DNA of 42,199 bases, taken from positions 1 through 42,199 of the IMG/VR virus record IMGVR_UViG_3300045988_008931. One strand, given 5' to 3'. Positions within the stretch are counted from its first letter, which is position 1; every line of letters begins with the position of its first letter. Under the pieces are notes generated by a model. That model saw nothing but the letters and a program-made list of their open reading frames with translations, was not told the DNA's origin and made no database searches. The translations under genes were made by a program, and so were the position numbers. The DNA is from a virus. Positions 25,612 to 33,143 of the stretch are shown here, one piece after another.

Positions 25612-25845
25612 ATGGTTAGTCAAAAAACAACAGACGATAGGGAGACGGACAGAAGAAAGCTCTTGGCTGGGTATCTGTACGACTGCTCGAAAATGATGTA
25701 CGGAAGCGTTGCTGTCGGTGGTCTGTCTCCTCTACTAACTGGTGACCCATTGCAGGCGGTTCATCAAGTCTGCTTGGTGTCGGGTGTGGCTTGTGGCGCA
25801 TCACTTGCGTACCTTGCAAATTATATAATGAAATTTAAAAAATAA
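25612..25845 (+). CDS. Small membrane protein
   Basis: ATG at 25612. Hydrophobic segments SVAVGGLSPLL and VCLVSGVACGASLAYL. Confidence 0.45.
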   Translation: MVSQKTTDDRETDRRKLLAGYLYDCSKMMYGSVAVGGLSPLLTGDPLQAVHQVCLVSGVACGASLAYLANYIMKFKK

Positions 25846-25850
25846 AGATT

Positions 25851-25955
25851 ATGGATGCATTCTTGTTATTTAACGTGATGGCATTGGGAATGACCATTGC
25901 ATTCGGCATTTTCTTGAAATCAAAGAAAGGTCAGAAGTGGCTGCGTGAACTTTAG
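25851..25955 (+). CDS. 34-aa membrane peptide (not in ORF track)
   Basis: MDAFLLFNVMALGMTIAFGIFLKSKKGQKWLREL. Confidence 0.35.
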   Translation: MDAFLLFNVMALGMTIAFGIFLKSKKGQKWLREL

Positions 25956-25997
25956 TTCTCGCTCCAGGTACAATATCAACTAAAATTCTAAGTAACG

Positions 25998-26447
25998 ATG
26001 AAAGATGAGGATTTCATAGAGCGGAAGGAGAAGGTTCTTCTTGCCGCTCTCGGGAAAAGCTGGCTATGGAAAGCCAGCAGGTTGATAATAGGCATCATCC
26101 CTCCAGTGGGTGCGTTTATGATGCTGGTGCACTGCACCCTGCTCTCATTAGGCTATCGGGCAAAGCTCACCGAGTGGATATTCGACTGCTCGCTGTTCGG
26201 GTTCATCGCCTGGATCATTGTCAGTCTAGCCTATGGGTTCTGCTGGGTTCATCGAGCGTTCGCTACCTACGGAGTGCTGATTTCGTTCTGCATCGACTTC
26301 CAGCGCTCCTTCGGGTTCGGGGTCTTGCGGAAGCCGCTGAACCTGCTGATGGTCGCCCTAGGGCTGCTGCTCTTCTTCGTCTTCATCAAGAAAAAGGCTT
26401 GGAATGAGTTCTACGAAAGAAATATTAATCATCTAAAAGAAAAGTAA
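25998..26447 (+). CDS. Polytopic membrane protein (about 4 TM)
   Basis: 149 aa with four hydrophobic stretches. Confidence 0.55.
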   Translation: MKDEDFIERKEKVLLAALGKSWLWKASRLIIGIIPPVGAFMMLVHCTLLSLGYRAKLTEWIFDCSLFGFIAWIIVSLAYGFCWVHRAFATYGVLISFCIDFQRSFGFGVLRKPLNLLMVALGLLLFFVFIKKKAWNEFYERNINHLKEK

Positions 26448-26448
26448 T

Positions 26449-27174
26449 ATGGCTGAATTTATTTCAAATGTCGCAATGATTGCGGCTCTCTATTTTATGG
26501 TTGCAATAGTCTTACCTAAGAAGATTATGTTCTTCTTTCCCGAGAATCTGCAAAAAAGGAAGTATGCCATCCTTGGTATGTTTGTTGCCTTCATACTAGG
26601 TGCTATTGCATATAGCAATACGAATGAAGGAATGACCGCTTCATCGAATGCCGAAAAAGAGCAGAAAGAAAGTATTGCAGGCTCAAAAGAATGGTATGAC
26701 AAGTTAATTTCTGTAGCAAGTCGCGACTCGGCTCAGTTATCTAAATTTAAAGTGCTTGATGAGGAAATTAATAAAGCGGACGTTAACGGAATTGGCTTCT
26801 ACGTCAACCAATACGATAATTACAAAACATACGATAATGGTGTGGATAGTATGAAACAATACTTTGATGCAAACGAGCGTCTTTCTTCTCTTCGCCATTA
26901 TTGCGTGAAAAGACGTGCGGAGATTATGGAGGAAGCAAAGCCTAAATTGCGCAAAAGATACATAAAGACTCTTGGCGATAAACTTTGGGAAGATGATATT
27001 AAAGTCAAGGGAAACGGAAAAACAATAACCTTCATCGGTGGAGTATTTGCTGCAAATAGAAATATAAAAGATTTCGAAGATAAAATAGAGAATACACTTA
27101 AAAAACTTGGATTCAAAAGAGTAATATATAAATGGGTTGACGCTGATGTCGAATACACTTATTACGATTTATAA
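26449..27174 (+). CDS. Membrane-anchored protein (two N-terminal TM segments plus a ~170-aa soluble domain)
   Basis: 241 aa, AT-rich gene. It starts 1 nt after the previous stop. Confidence 0.55.
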   Translation: MAEFISNVAMIAALYFMVAIVLPKKIMFFFPENLQKRKYAILGMFVAFILGAIAYSNTNEGMTASSNAEKEQKESIAGSKEWYDKLISVASRDSAQLSKFKVLDEEINKADVNGIGFYVNQYDNYKTYDNGVDSMKQYFDANERLSSLRHYCVKRRAEIMEEAKPKLRKRYIKTLGDKLWEDDIKVKGNGKTITFIGGVFAANRNIKDFEDKIENTLKKLGFKRVIYKWVDADVEYTYYDL

Positions 27175-27355
27175 CCTTCTTGCCTACGAGGAATACCTGC
27201 CAGTGCTCACCCCTTCCGAGGTGGATGGGCTGCTGATTTCTCGCCCAACGCTGGCTCAGTTGCAGGACTGGTCGCAAAGATTGAATAACCATCGGGCAAG
27301 GCTGGAAAGCGTTTTCAGTCGTGCCTATCAAAAACAGAAAGATTATGGAAGATAA
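27146..27355 (+). CDS. Hypothetical small protein
   Basis: ATG at 27146. Overlaps its neighbours at both ends. Confidence 0.35.
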   Translation: MSNTLITIYNLLAYEEYLPVLTPSEVDGLLISRPTLAQLQDWSQRLNNHRARLESVFSRAYQKQKDYGR

Positions 27356-27680
27356 AAATCTGATGTCCGCTGATGTGGATATAGTAGTTCGTTTCTTCTC
27401 TGCCATCGACCGCCTGAAGGCTGATGGTTGCATTGGCGGTCTGAAGACAATAACAGACCGGTATGGTCTCAACCGCTGGAACATCATGTCCCTGCGAGAC
27501 GAGCCTGCCGAGTACTACGGTCGTTTCCGTCCGTCATGGGTTCAGTTCTTAGTCCGTGACTACCACATCAACCCATACTGGCTGCTCCTTGGCTCGGGAG
27601 AGTTCTATGCAACTGGCTTCACGCCCGAAATCGTGAAAAACCTGAATAAAAACTGCACAAGGAAAAAGCAGTCTGCATAA
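27345..27680 (+). CDS. DNA-binding-like protein (C-terminal NPYWLLLGSGEFY motif)
   Basis: ATG at 27345. The WLL-G-G-F ending recalls phage/CTn regulator HTH proteins. Confidence 0.45.
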   Translation: MEDKNLMSADVDIVVRFFSAIDRLKADGCIGGLKTITDRYGLNRWNIMSLRDEPAEYYGRFRPSWVQFLVRDYHINPYWLLLGSGEFYATGFTPEIVKNLNKNCTRKKQSA

Positions 27681-27863
27681 GTTTTTAATTTTCAATTATT
27701 TAGAACATACGTTATGATTTTAAGTACAACTTTACTGGTTTTCCCAGTATTTAAAGGGGTTCTTTAATGCTGGGATAACTTGAAAATAACGCAATAATGC
27801 ACCACGTTGCACCATTGTGGCTCTTAACGCTGAAAATAAACTGAATAAATACTGCACGGAATT

Positions 27864-29030
27864 ATGGCAACACTGAGATTATATCTAGATACGAGGATAA
27901 AAAGGCAGGATGGCACGTTCTCCATCCGGCTTGCCGTCAACCATCACGGTGGAACTGCCTTCATATCCCTCAATCAATACTGCAAGAAAGACGAATGGGA
28001 TAAAAGGGCTTGCAAGGTGCGCAAGCGTCCGGATCGTGATGCTATCAACGACTTCCTCCTTGACCGTCTGAATTTTTATAATAGAATGATGATGAAGGCG
28101 CAATGCAGGGAAACATACCGGGGCGATATTACGGCTAGGGAACTCCGGGACTTAATCATGCTTGAAGCCGAGCCTGCAAGGGAAAAGGTCGCTCTGCTTC
28201 GTGATGGCTTCATTGCCTACGAGGGAAGGAATCTGAAAGAAAATACTATAAACAGATACAAGTACACTTGGGCAAAGATTGAAGCTTTCATCGGGAAGGA
28301 AAAAGCGGCTCTGCTTACATACGATGAGATTAACCGCTCTTGGCTTGAAGACTTCGATGCGTTCATGGCAAAGGAAGGCTTGTCTAGAAATACCAGAACC
28401 AGCAGGATGCTCTGTGTCGCTGCTGTCTTCAACCTTGCGATAGATAATGAGCAGACGAAAAACTACCCCTTCCGCAGGTACAGTCTCCGGCTTGAGACAA
28501 CGAAAAAGCGAGATTTGTCCGTTGAAGAAATCCGCTCTATCTTCGAAGCTGGTGGTGATGAACTGGTCGACATGTTCCTGCTGATGTTCCTGCTGATTGG
28601 TATCAATGTGCGTGACTTGTTCGCCTTGACAAAGGAGAATGTCGTCCGTGGAAGGCTGGAATACGACCGGGCGAAGACTGGTAGGCATTACTCCATCCTT
28701 CTTCATCCCGAAGCTCTCCGCATCATCGAGAAGTACAAGGGGGAAAAGAAGCTGCTTCGTTTCTCGGAGCATTTCAAAAATGTTGATTCTGCAACGGTTA
28801 TGATTAATAAGAAACTCGCAAAGGTTCGCCCTGGGCTTACTACGTACTACGCTCGCCATACGTGGGCATCCATCGCCTTCAACCTTGGTATACAAAAGGA
28901 CGTAATATCGCTGGCACTGGGTCACTCGTTCGGTGTCCGGGTAACTGATACCTACATCAATGCAGACCTATCGAGAGTAGATGAAGCAAACCGCAGGGTT
29001 ATTGATTACGTGCTATACAACAAGAAATAG
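27864..29030 (+). CDS. int: Tyrosine integrase (Bacteroidota NBU/CTnDOT-like architecture)
   Basis: N-terminal arm-binding-type domain LYLDTRIKRQDGTFSIRLAVN. Catalytic box YYARHTWASIAF...LGHS...TDTYI. Confidence 0.9.
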   Translation: MATLRLYLDTRIKRQDGTFSIRLAVNHHGGTAFISLNQYCKKDEWDKRACKVRKRPDRDAINDFLLDRLNFYNRMMMKAQCRETYRGDITARELRDLIMLEAEPAREKVALLRDGFIAYEGRNLKENTINRYKYTWAKIEAFIGKEKAALLTYDEINRSWLEDFDAFMAKEGLSRNTRTSRMLCVAAVFNLAIDNEQTKNYPFRRYSLRLETTKKRDLSVEEIRSIFEAGGDELVDMFLLMFLLIGINVRDLFALTKENVVRGRLEYDRAKTGRHYSILLHPEALRIIEKYKGEKKLLRFSEHFKNVDSATVMINKKLAKVRPGLTTYYARHTWASIAFNLGIQKDVISLALGHSFGVRVTDTYINADLSRVDEANRRVIDYVLYNKK

Positions 29031-29140
29031 CCCTTATTTCTTGCGAATTTGCCGCAGAAACGGCTCAAATTGTTTTCGGGGATAGTTTTACGTGCTTACC
29101 ACGTAAGCGGCACAGAACGCAAATTTCGGGGTAAATCGGT

Positions 29141-29188
29141 AAAAGAGCATAAAAATACCCCAGCGGTGAAAAAGTCGAGCCGCTGGGG
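29141..29188 (-). terminator. Rho-independent terminator of the accessory operon
   Basis: Minus strand CCCCAGCGG-loop-CCGCTGGGG followed by TATTTTTATGCTCTTTT. Confidence 0.6.
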
Positions 29189-29255
29189 TAATAAGTGGAG
29201 ACCACTTTAAACATTCAGTGATGCAAAGGTACGCTTTTCCTTTGAAACCACCAAA

Positions 29256-29423
29256 TTATTTACCAAAAAAATTCTTTCTCAACAAATCATTGATGAATCG
29301 TGACTTGTTAGGCAATGCGTTGAGGAAAGGCAGCAGGTCGTTGTCTATCTGTATGCCAACTAGCTTGACCGTCTTGCCTGCACCCTTCTTCGTTCTCTTG
29401 ATGTTTCTTCTATTATTCTCCAT
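29256..29423 (-). CDS. Unannotated 55-aa basic protein, paralogue of 13195-13389
   Basis: Hand translation: MENNRRNIKRTKKGAGKTVKLVGIQIDNDLLPFLNALPNKSRFINDLLRKNFFGK*. Its ATG overlaps the upstream stop by 11 nt. Confidence 0.6.
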   Translation of the reverse strand: MENNRRNIKRTKKGAGKTVKLVGIQIDNDLLPFLNALPNKSRFINDLLRKNFFGK

Positions 29424-29745
29424 ATCCGTGATTCTTTACTGGTTCTCCATTTACTCGCAAGAGGTTGCACTGATAGATGCTACACCTCTTCGGGTTCTTT
29501 CGTGGCGTGCCATCCTTCTTGCAGGTCATACCGCGATATACCAGGCAAGGCAAGGAGTTGTATTCGTGGGTTCTCTTCGAAATCTCCCAGCTTTCAACCC
29601 TTATCGTGTCGCAGTGGTCGCTGATATAATCTCCTACCAAAACTGAGCTGTGCTCAGTAGCAAATGCTCTTGCCAGTATTCTTCTTTCATTCTCAGCCTT
29701 CACGTTGATTTCGTGCAGGGCTTCTCTGTACTCTTGTTCTGTCAT
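29413..29745 (-). CDS. Hypothetical protein
   Basis: 110-aa Cys-containing ORF in the accessory operon. Confidence 0.45.
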   Translation of the reverse strand: MTEQEYREALHEINVKAENERRILARAFATEHSSVLVGDYISDHCDTIRVESWEISKRTHEYNSLPCLVYRGMTCKKDGTPRKNPKRCSIYQCNLLRVNGEPVKNHGYGE

Positions 29746-30223
29746 TGTCTTCTGTCTCTTTTAAATGGTCTATCTTCAGTTGTCTATCCAACTTGGTTTT
29801 CATTCTGTTCATCTTGTGCTCAATCCTGCCGATCTGCTTATAAGATAACCACTCCGGCTTGATATTCAACTCCAGCCAGTACTGGCGCATTTCCTTGCAA
29901 TGCCGGGCGATGCTCGGGAAATAGAGGTGTCGCCAGTATGGGTAGCGAAGGAAGTACTTGCAATCGGATAACATTCGGGATAGCATCATGTATTTATGCT
30001 TTTGCCCTTCTCCGAGACTTACAAGCCTTCCGTTGTCCCCGATCCACAGCATTGCTCCCTCTCCCTTCCAATTAAAGTCGAAAGCCTTGCTTACCGGATA
30101 ATAATAGCCATCGAGCACCGTGCCTTCCTCTAGGTCTCGCCCAATCTCTCGCAGGCAGGTTCTTCCCCAGCTGGTCGTTACCTCGACCACTGCTTGTGCT
30201 GGTATCTTGTCGTATTCCTTCAT
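29693..30223 (-). CDS. Hypothetical protein with a polyvalent-protein-type module (MLSRMLSDCKYFL...KPEWLSYKQI)
   Basis: 176 aa. From memory, the motif resembles modules found in large polyvalent proteins of conjugative elements and phages. Confidence 0.45.
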   Translation of the reverse strand: MKEYDKIPAQAVVEVTTSWGRTCLREIGRDLEEGTVLDGYYYPVSKAFDFNWKGEGAMLWIGDNGRLVSLGEGQKHKYMMLSRMLSDCKYFLRYPYWRHLYFPSIARHCKEMRQYWLELNIKPEWLSYKQIGRIEHKMNRMKTKLDRQLKIDHLKETEDNDRTRVQRSPARNQREG

Positions 30224-30235
30224 ATCTTACCAAAT

Positions 30236-30457
30236 TTAAATTTCTCTTTCAGTGATGTAATACTTGAATGTCACTCCACTCATTTTAACCTTGAAGTGTC
30301 GGTCTCCTTCTTCCAGCATTTCTGCGTGTGGATTGTTTTTGAAGGTTTCCTTGATTCGAGGAAATTCTTCCTCCATTATCTCCTTGGTTCTGTAGTCTTC
30401 GATGTGACTATCAACTTGCCCAAGGCTATTTTTGCCGTTCAAAATGTACTGTTTCAT
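30236..30457 (-). CDS. Hypothetical protein
   Basis: 73-aa ORF. Confidence 0.4.
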   Translation of the reverse strand: MKQYILNGKNSLGQVDSHIEDYRTKEIMEEEFPRIKETFKNNPHAEMLEEGDRHFKVKMSGVTFKYYITEREI

Positions 30458-30514
30458 ATCTTGATATATTGTGCAGGGCTTGCGCCCTGCTGGTTAATAA
30501 TTCTATTGAAATTG

Positions 30515-30721
30515 TTATCTGTTTATTCTCTCAAAGCAATGTTCGGAAGGTGTATATATCTCCATGCCAGTCGCCCAGTTAATGTAAACTTTAAATGCCC
30601 CTACTTTGCGCCCGAACGCCTTTGCTTGCATCATTCTTTGTTTTTTGTTGTCGAACTCAATTTCTTTTATCCCTACAACATTTCTCTTGCGGTCTTCCGC
30701 TTTTAAAAGTGCTAATTCCAT
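30515..30721 (-). CDS. Hypothetical protein
   Basis: 68-aa ORF. Confidence 0.4.
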   Translation of the reverse strand: MELALLKAEDRKRNVVGIKEIEFDNKKQRMMQAKAFGRKVGAFKVYINWATGMEIYTPSEHCFERINR

Positions 30722-30741
30722 AATTGTCTTGCCTCCTATCT

Positions 30742-30939
30742 TTAATCATAAAGTTCTTTTAATCCGTCTCGCTCGTTAAGTTGGGCTGCAAGCTTATCGG
30801 CTTCTTTTATTTCTGAAAATCCGAACCACTTGTTTGAGTGCTCAACAACCTTGTCTCTTCCGTTGATTTCGGGTTTTACGAGTGCTACGGTATAACTTCC
30901 GTAGCACTCGATAACTCTCCATACTTTCCAGTCGCCCAT
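30742..30939 (-). CDS. Hypothetical protein
   Basis: 65-aa ORF. Confidence 0.4.
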   Translation of the reverse strand: MGDWKVWRVIECYGSYTVALVKPEINGRDKVVEHSNKWFGFSEIKEADKLAAQLNERDGLKELYD

Positions 30940-30957
30940 ATCTATGTCCTCCCTTGA

Positions 30958-31206
30958 TTACTTAGCGTACAGTGTTACAACCAATCCTCTTCTGAGTGCG
31001 CAGCGGCAAGCATCCATACCAGCCTTCAATGCTCGCTTGATGAACTTATTGAAGAGTTCTGCACCGATGAGCTTCAAGATACCGCTTACTCCTACGAGTG
31101 TGTTTATCTTCTTGCCATCCTCTGTGCGTCCGAAGACCTTAATACGGAAGTTTGAGTTGATAAACTTTGTTGTGAACTCTAAAACGTTTGAATTTGGCTT
31201 TTTCAT
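30958..31206 (-). CDS. Hypothetical protein, first gene of the accessory operon
   Basis: 82-aa ORF, 75 nt downstream of a -7 box. Confidence 0.45.
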   Translation of the reverse strand: MKKPNSNVLEFTTKFINSNFRIKVFGRTEDGKKINTLVGVSGILKLIGAELFNKFIKRALKAGMDACRCALRRGLVVTLYAK

Positions 31207-31280
31207 TTTTCTCTGGCTTAACCGTGTTGCCTAGGGCTTAGTTACTGAATGTTTAATGTGCTTATCTCCTAAACACGATG

Positions 31281-31288
31281 CAAAGATA
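31281..31288 (-). promoter_or_regulatory. -7 box TATCTTTG for the accessory operon
   Basis: Plus strand gatgcaaagatatt. Part of a duplicated 17-mer that contains the palindrome ATATTAATAT. Confidence 0.55.
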
Positions 31289-31375
31289 TTAATATTTTTC
31301 GGTTCTACCAAAACTTTTCCCGAAAGATATTAATATTTTAACTTTTATTGGCTGTTTATGTCGTAAGCACAGCTG

Positions 31376-31423
31376 TTTTCGGTCGTTCTCGGTACGTTTT
31401 CGGTCGTTCTCGGTACGTTTTCC
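31376..31423. repeat. Tandem 21-bp repeat, 2.3 copies (ttttcggtcgttctcggtacg)
   Basis: Exact units at 31376-31396 and 31397-31417. CGGT half-sites recur every 10-11 bp. Confidence 0.9.
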
Positions 31424-31594
31424 ACGCTCTATATAATAATAACCTGCACGCATTAGCTAGAATGAATATAATCTAACTCTCATATCCCCTACCCCTTTTC
31501 TCTCAATGAAAAGTGTTCTTCGCACAAAAAAAACGGGCAGAAAAACGCTCTCCTGCGCTTCCTGCCCTTTTAAAGATTGATATTATGATTGAAC

Positions 31595-32116
31595 CTATTG
31601 AACCCTCTTCTTGATGCGCTCCTTTATCCAGCAAACTGCAAGGATTGTCAGGAATAGCAATACGCAATCGCCAGCGAATAATCTTATCTTGTGCCATGTG
31701 CTCGCTGGCTTCTCTACCTCCTTGGTCTTGTATCGGTTCACGTAATACTTGACCTTTACGGTGTCGGTCACGAATGTGTAAATGTCGCCCACGATGGTGT
31801 CCGTCTTGGTCGATGTCTTCCATCTGGTGGTCGTAAGGTTGTGCCACCGCTCCTTTATTACGGTGTCTCCCTTGATGTACACCAGCACGCTGTCCTGCCT
31901 GAATACGCTGTCGTGCTGTCGCGTGTCCTGCCAGTGGATCTGTCGATGGTTCACGCTGTCACGTCTTGCACTGGTGTGTGTGCTGTCGTGATAAACCGTG
32001 TTATTTGCGGCTGTTTTAGCGCAGGAACAGCCCAAAATCAAAAGTGGGGTAATTATAAGCATGGCGAGAAATAACGCCACAGAACGCAAATTTCGCCCTT
32101 TTCTTGAATTTTCCAT
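31595..32116 (-). CDS. Unimolecular-spanin-like protein (N-terminal lipoprotein signal plus C-terminal TM helix)
   Basis: Lipobox LLILGC, then a Thr/Asp/His-rich beta region, then the C-terminal segment IRLFAGDCVLLFLTILAVCWI. Directly downstream of the endolysin. Confidence 0.55.
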   Translation of the reverse strand: MENSRKGRNLRSVALFLAMLIITPLLILGCSCAKTAANNTVYHDSTHTSARRDSVNHRQIHWQDTRQHDSVFRQDSVLVYIKGDTVIKERWHNLTTTRWKTSTKTDTIVGDIYTFVTDTVKVKYYVNRYKTKEVEKPASTWHKIRLFAGDCVLLFLTILAVCWIKERIKKRVQ

Positions 32117-32145
32117 ACTTTATAAACGTTAGATTGATATGTTTA

Positions 32146-32682
32146 TTACGCAAGCACCTTGATTTTCAAGGCTTCCTTGGCTCGCTTCAAATACTTCTCG
32201 CAGGCTACCAGTCCCTTGTAGCCTCCGTTTATCTTCTTGCGGATAGCCTTCAAGTTGTCTTGGTCTGCCAACTCATTGCAGCCGAAAGTGTCGAATACCC
32301 ACATCGAGGATTTCGTTGCTCCCAGAGAACGCTCCAGGAGTTCGGGACTGCCCACAACATCGAAGCCGCAATAATTGGCATATTTCCGGTAGTTGGCTCG
32401 CCCGGTAATCTGTATCAATCCCCTGCCCTTGTACTTCACGCCATCGCCCTGCTGGGTGTTTCCGAGGTCTTTCCTGCCCTCGTAGGCTCTGCCGCTTGCC
32501 AGTTCTTTGGTGTATCTCAACTCTCCGCTTTCGTGGGCAATCTGTGCGAGGTAGTGCGCCATTCGCAAAGGTGTATTAATGTGGAAATGCTCTGCCCATC
32601 CGTTGATGATTGGAAGATAGGTGTCTGCCCTGCTGCCTGCATTCGGCATTACCTTTATTAGTTGCGCTCTAGTTATCCTCAT
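32146..32682 (-). CDS. Endolysin, glycoside hydrolase family 19 (chitinase-like lysozyme)
   Basis: YLAQIAHESGELRYTKE...YEGRKDLGNTQQGDGVKYKGRGLIQITGRANY is the GH19 signature. Confidence 0.9.
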   Translation of the reverse strand: MRITRAQLIKVMPNAGSRADTYLPIINGWAEHFHINTPLRMAHYLAQIAHESGELRYTKELASGRAYEGRKDLGNTQQGDGVKYKGRGLIQITGRANYRKYANYCGFDVVGSPELLERSLGATKSSMWVFDTFGCNELADQDNLKAIRKKINGGYKGLVACEKYLKRAKEALKIKVLA

Positions 32683-33124
32683 TATCTCCTCCTTTCTTCC
32701 GCTCTTCTTTCATTATCTCGACAACTGCCTTCGCAATTTCGTCCTTATTCTCCAGGATCACCTGCATCGTGCGGTCTTGCTTGCGTATCTCTGCCTTCTC
32801 GTATGCCTTCTCCCGGATGCTCTTGAACTCGCACGAAAGCAGATACACCGACCAGGCGATGGAGAACATAGGGAAGGGAGAGATAATACACGTAGCAACG
32901 TCCATAAGCGAAGCAATACCGAATGTCGGAAAATACTTCTTCGCCTTGTCGCACGTTTTCTTCAACCCGGTTGACGTTCTTGCAACATGCAGTTCCTTCG
33001 CCTTCTGTATGCCTGCTATCAGGTCAATTGTCATCGCTATCAGAATTGTAGCGAAACAGATAAAAATTACTAGGGCGCACAAATAAAGGTGGTGCACCTG
33101 AAAATCGTGAAATACTTCGCTCAT
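32669..33124 (-). CDS. Holin
   Basis: Three hydrophobic segments, an IDLIAGIQKAK motif and a charged C-terminal tail. Overlaps the endolysin start by 14 nt. Confidence 0.7.
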   Translation of the reverse strand: MSEVFHDFQVHHLYLCALVIFICFATILIAMTIDLIAGIQKAKELHVARTSTGLKKTCDKAKKYFPTFGIASLMDVATCIISPFPMFSIAWSVYLLSCEFKSIREKAYEKAEIRKQDRTMQVILENKDEIAKAVVEIMKEERKKGGDNEDN

Positions 33125-33143
33125 ATCAATTTATTTTTTTTGG

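Noticed and set aside
28152-28925. A 257-aa minus-strand ORF inside the integrase gene.
   Set aside because: It is antisense to a gene with clear tyrosine-recombinase catalytic motifs. It is a shadow ORF.
29218-29646. A plus-strand 142-aa ORF, and likewise 31503-31847 (-) and the ORFs at 16464-16661 and 16722-16928.
   Set aside because: The first is antisense to two better-supported minus-strand ORFs. The second is an alternative frame of the spanin-like gene and runs into non-coding DNA. The last two lie in the repeat-rich non-coding region and read as low-complexity junk.
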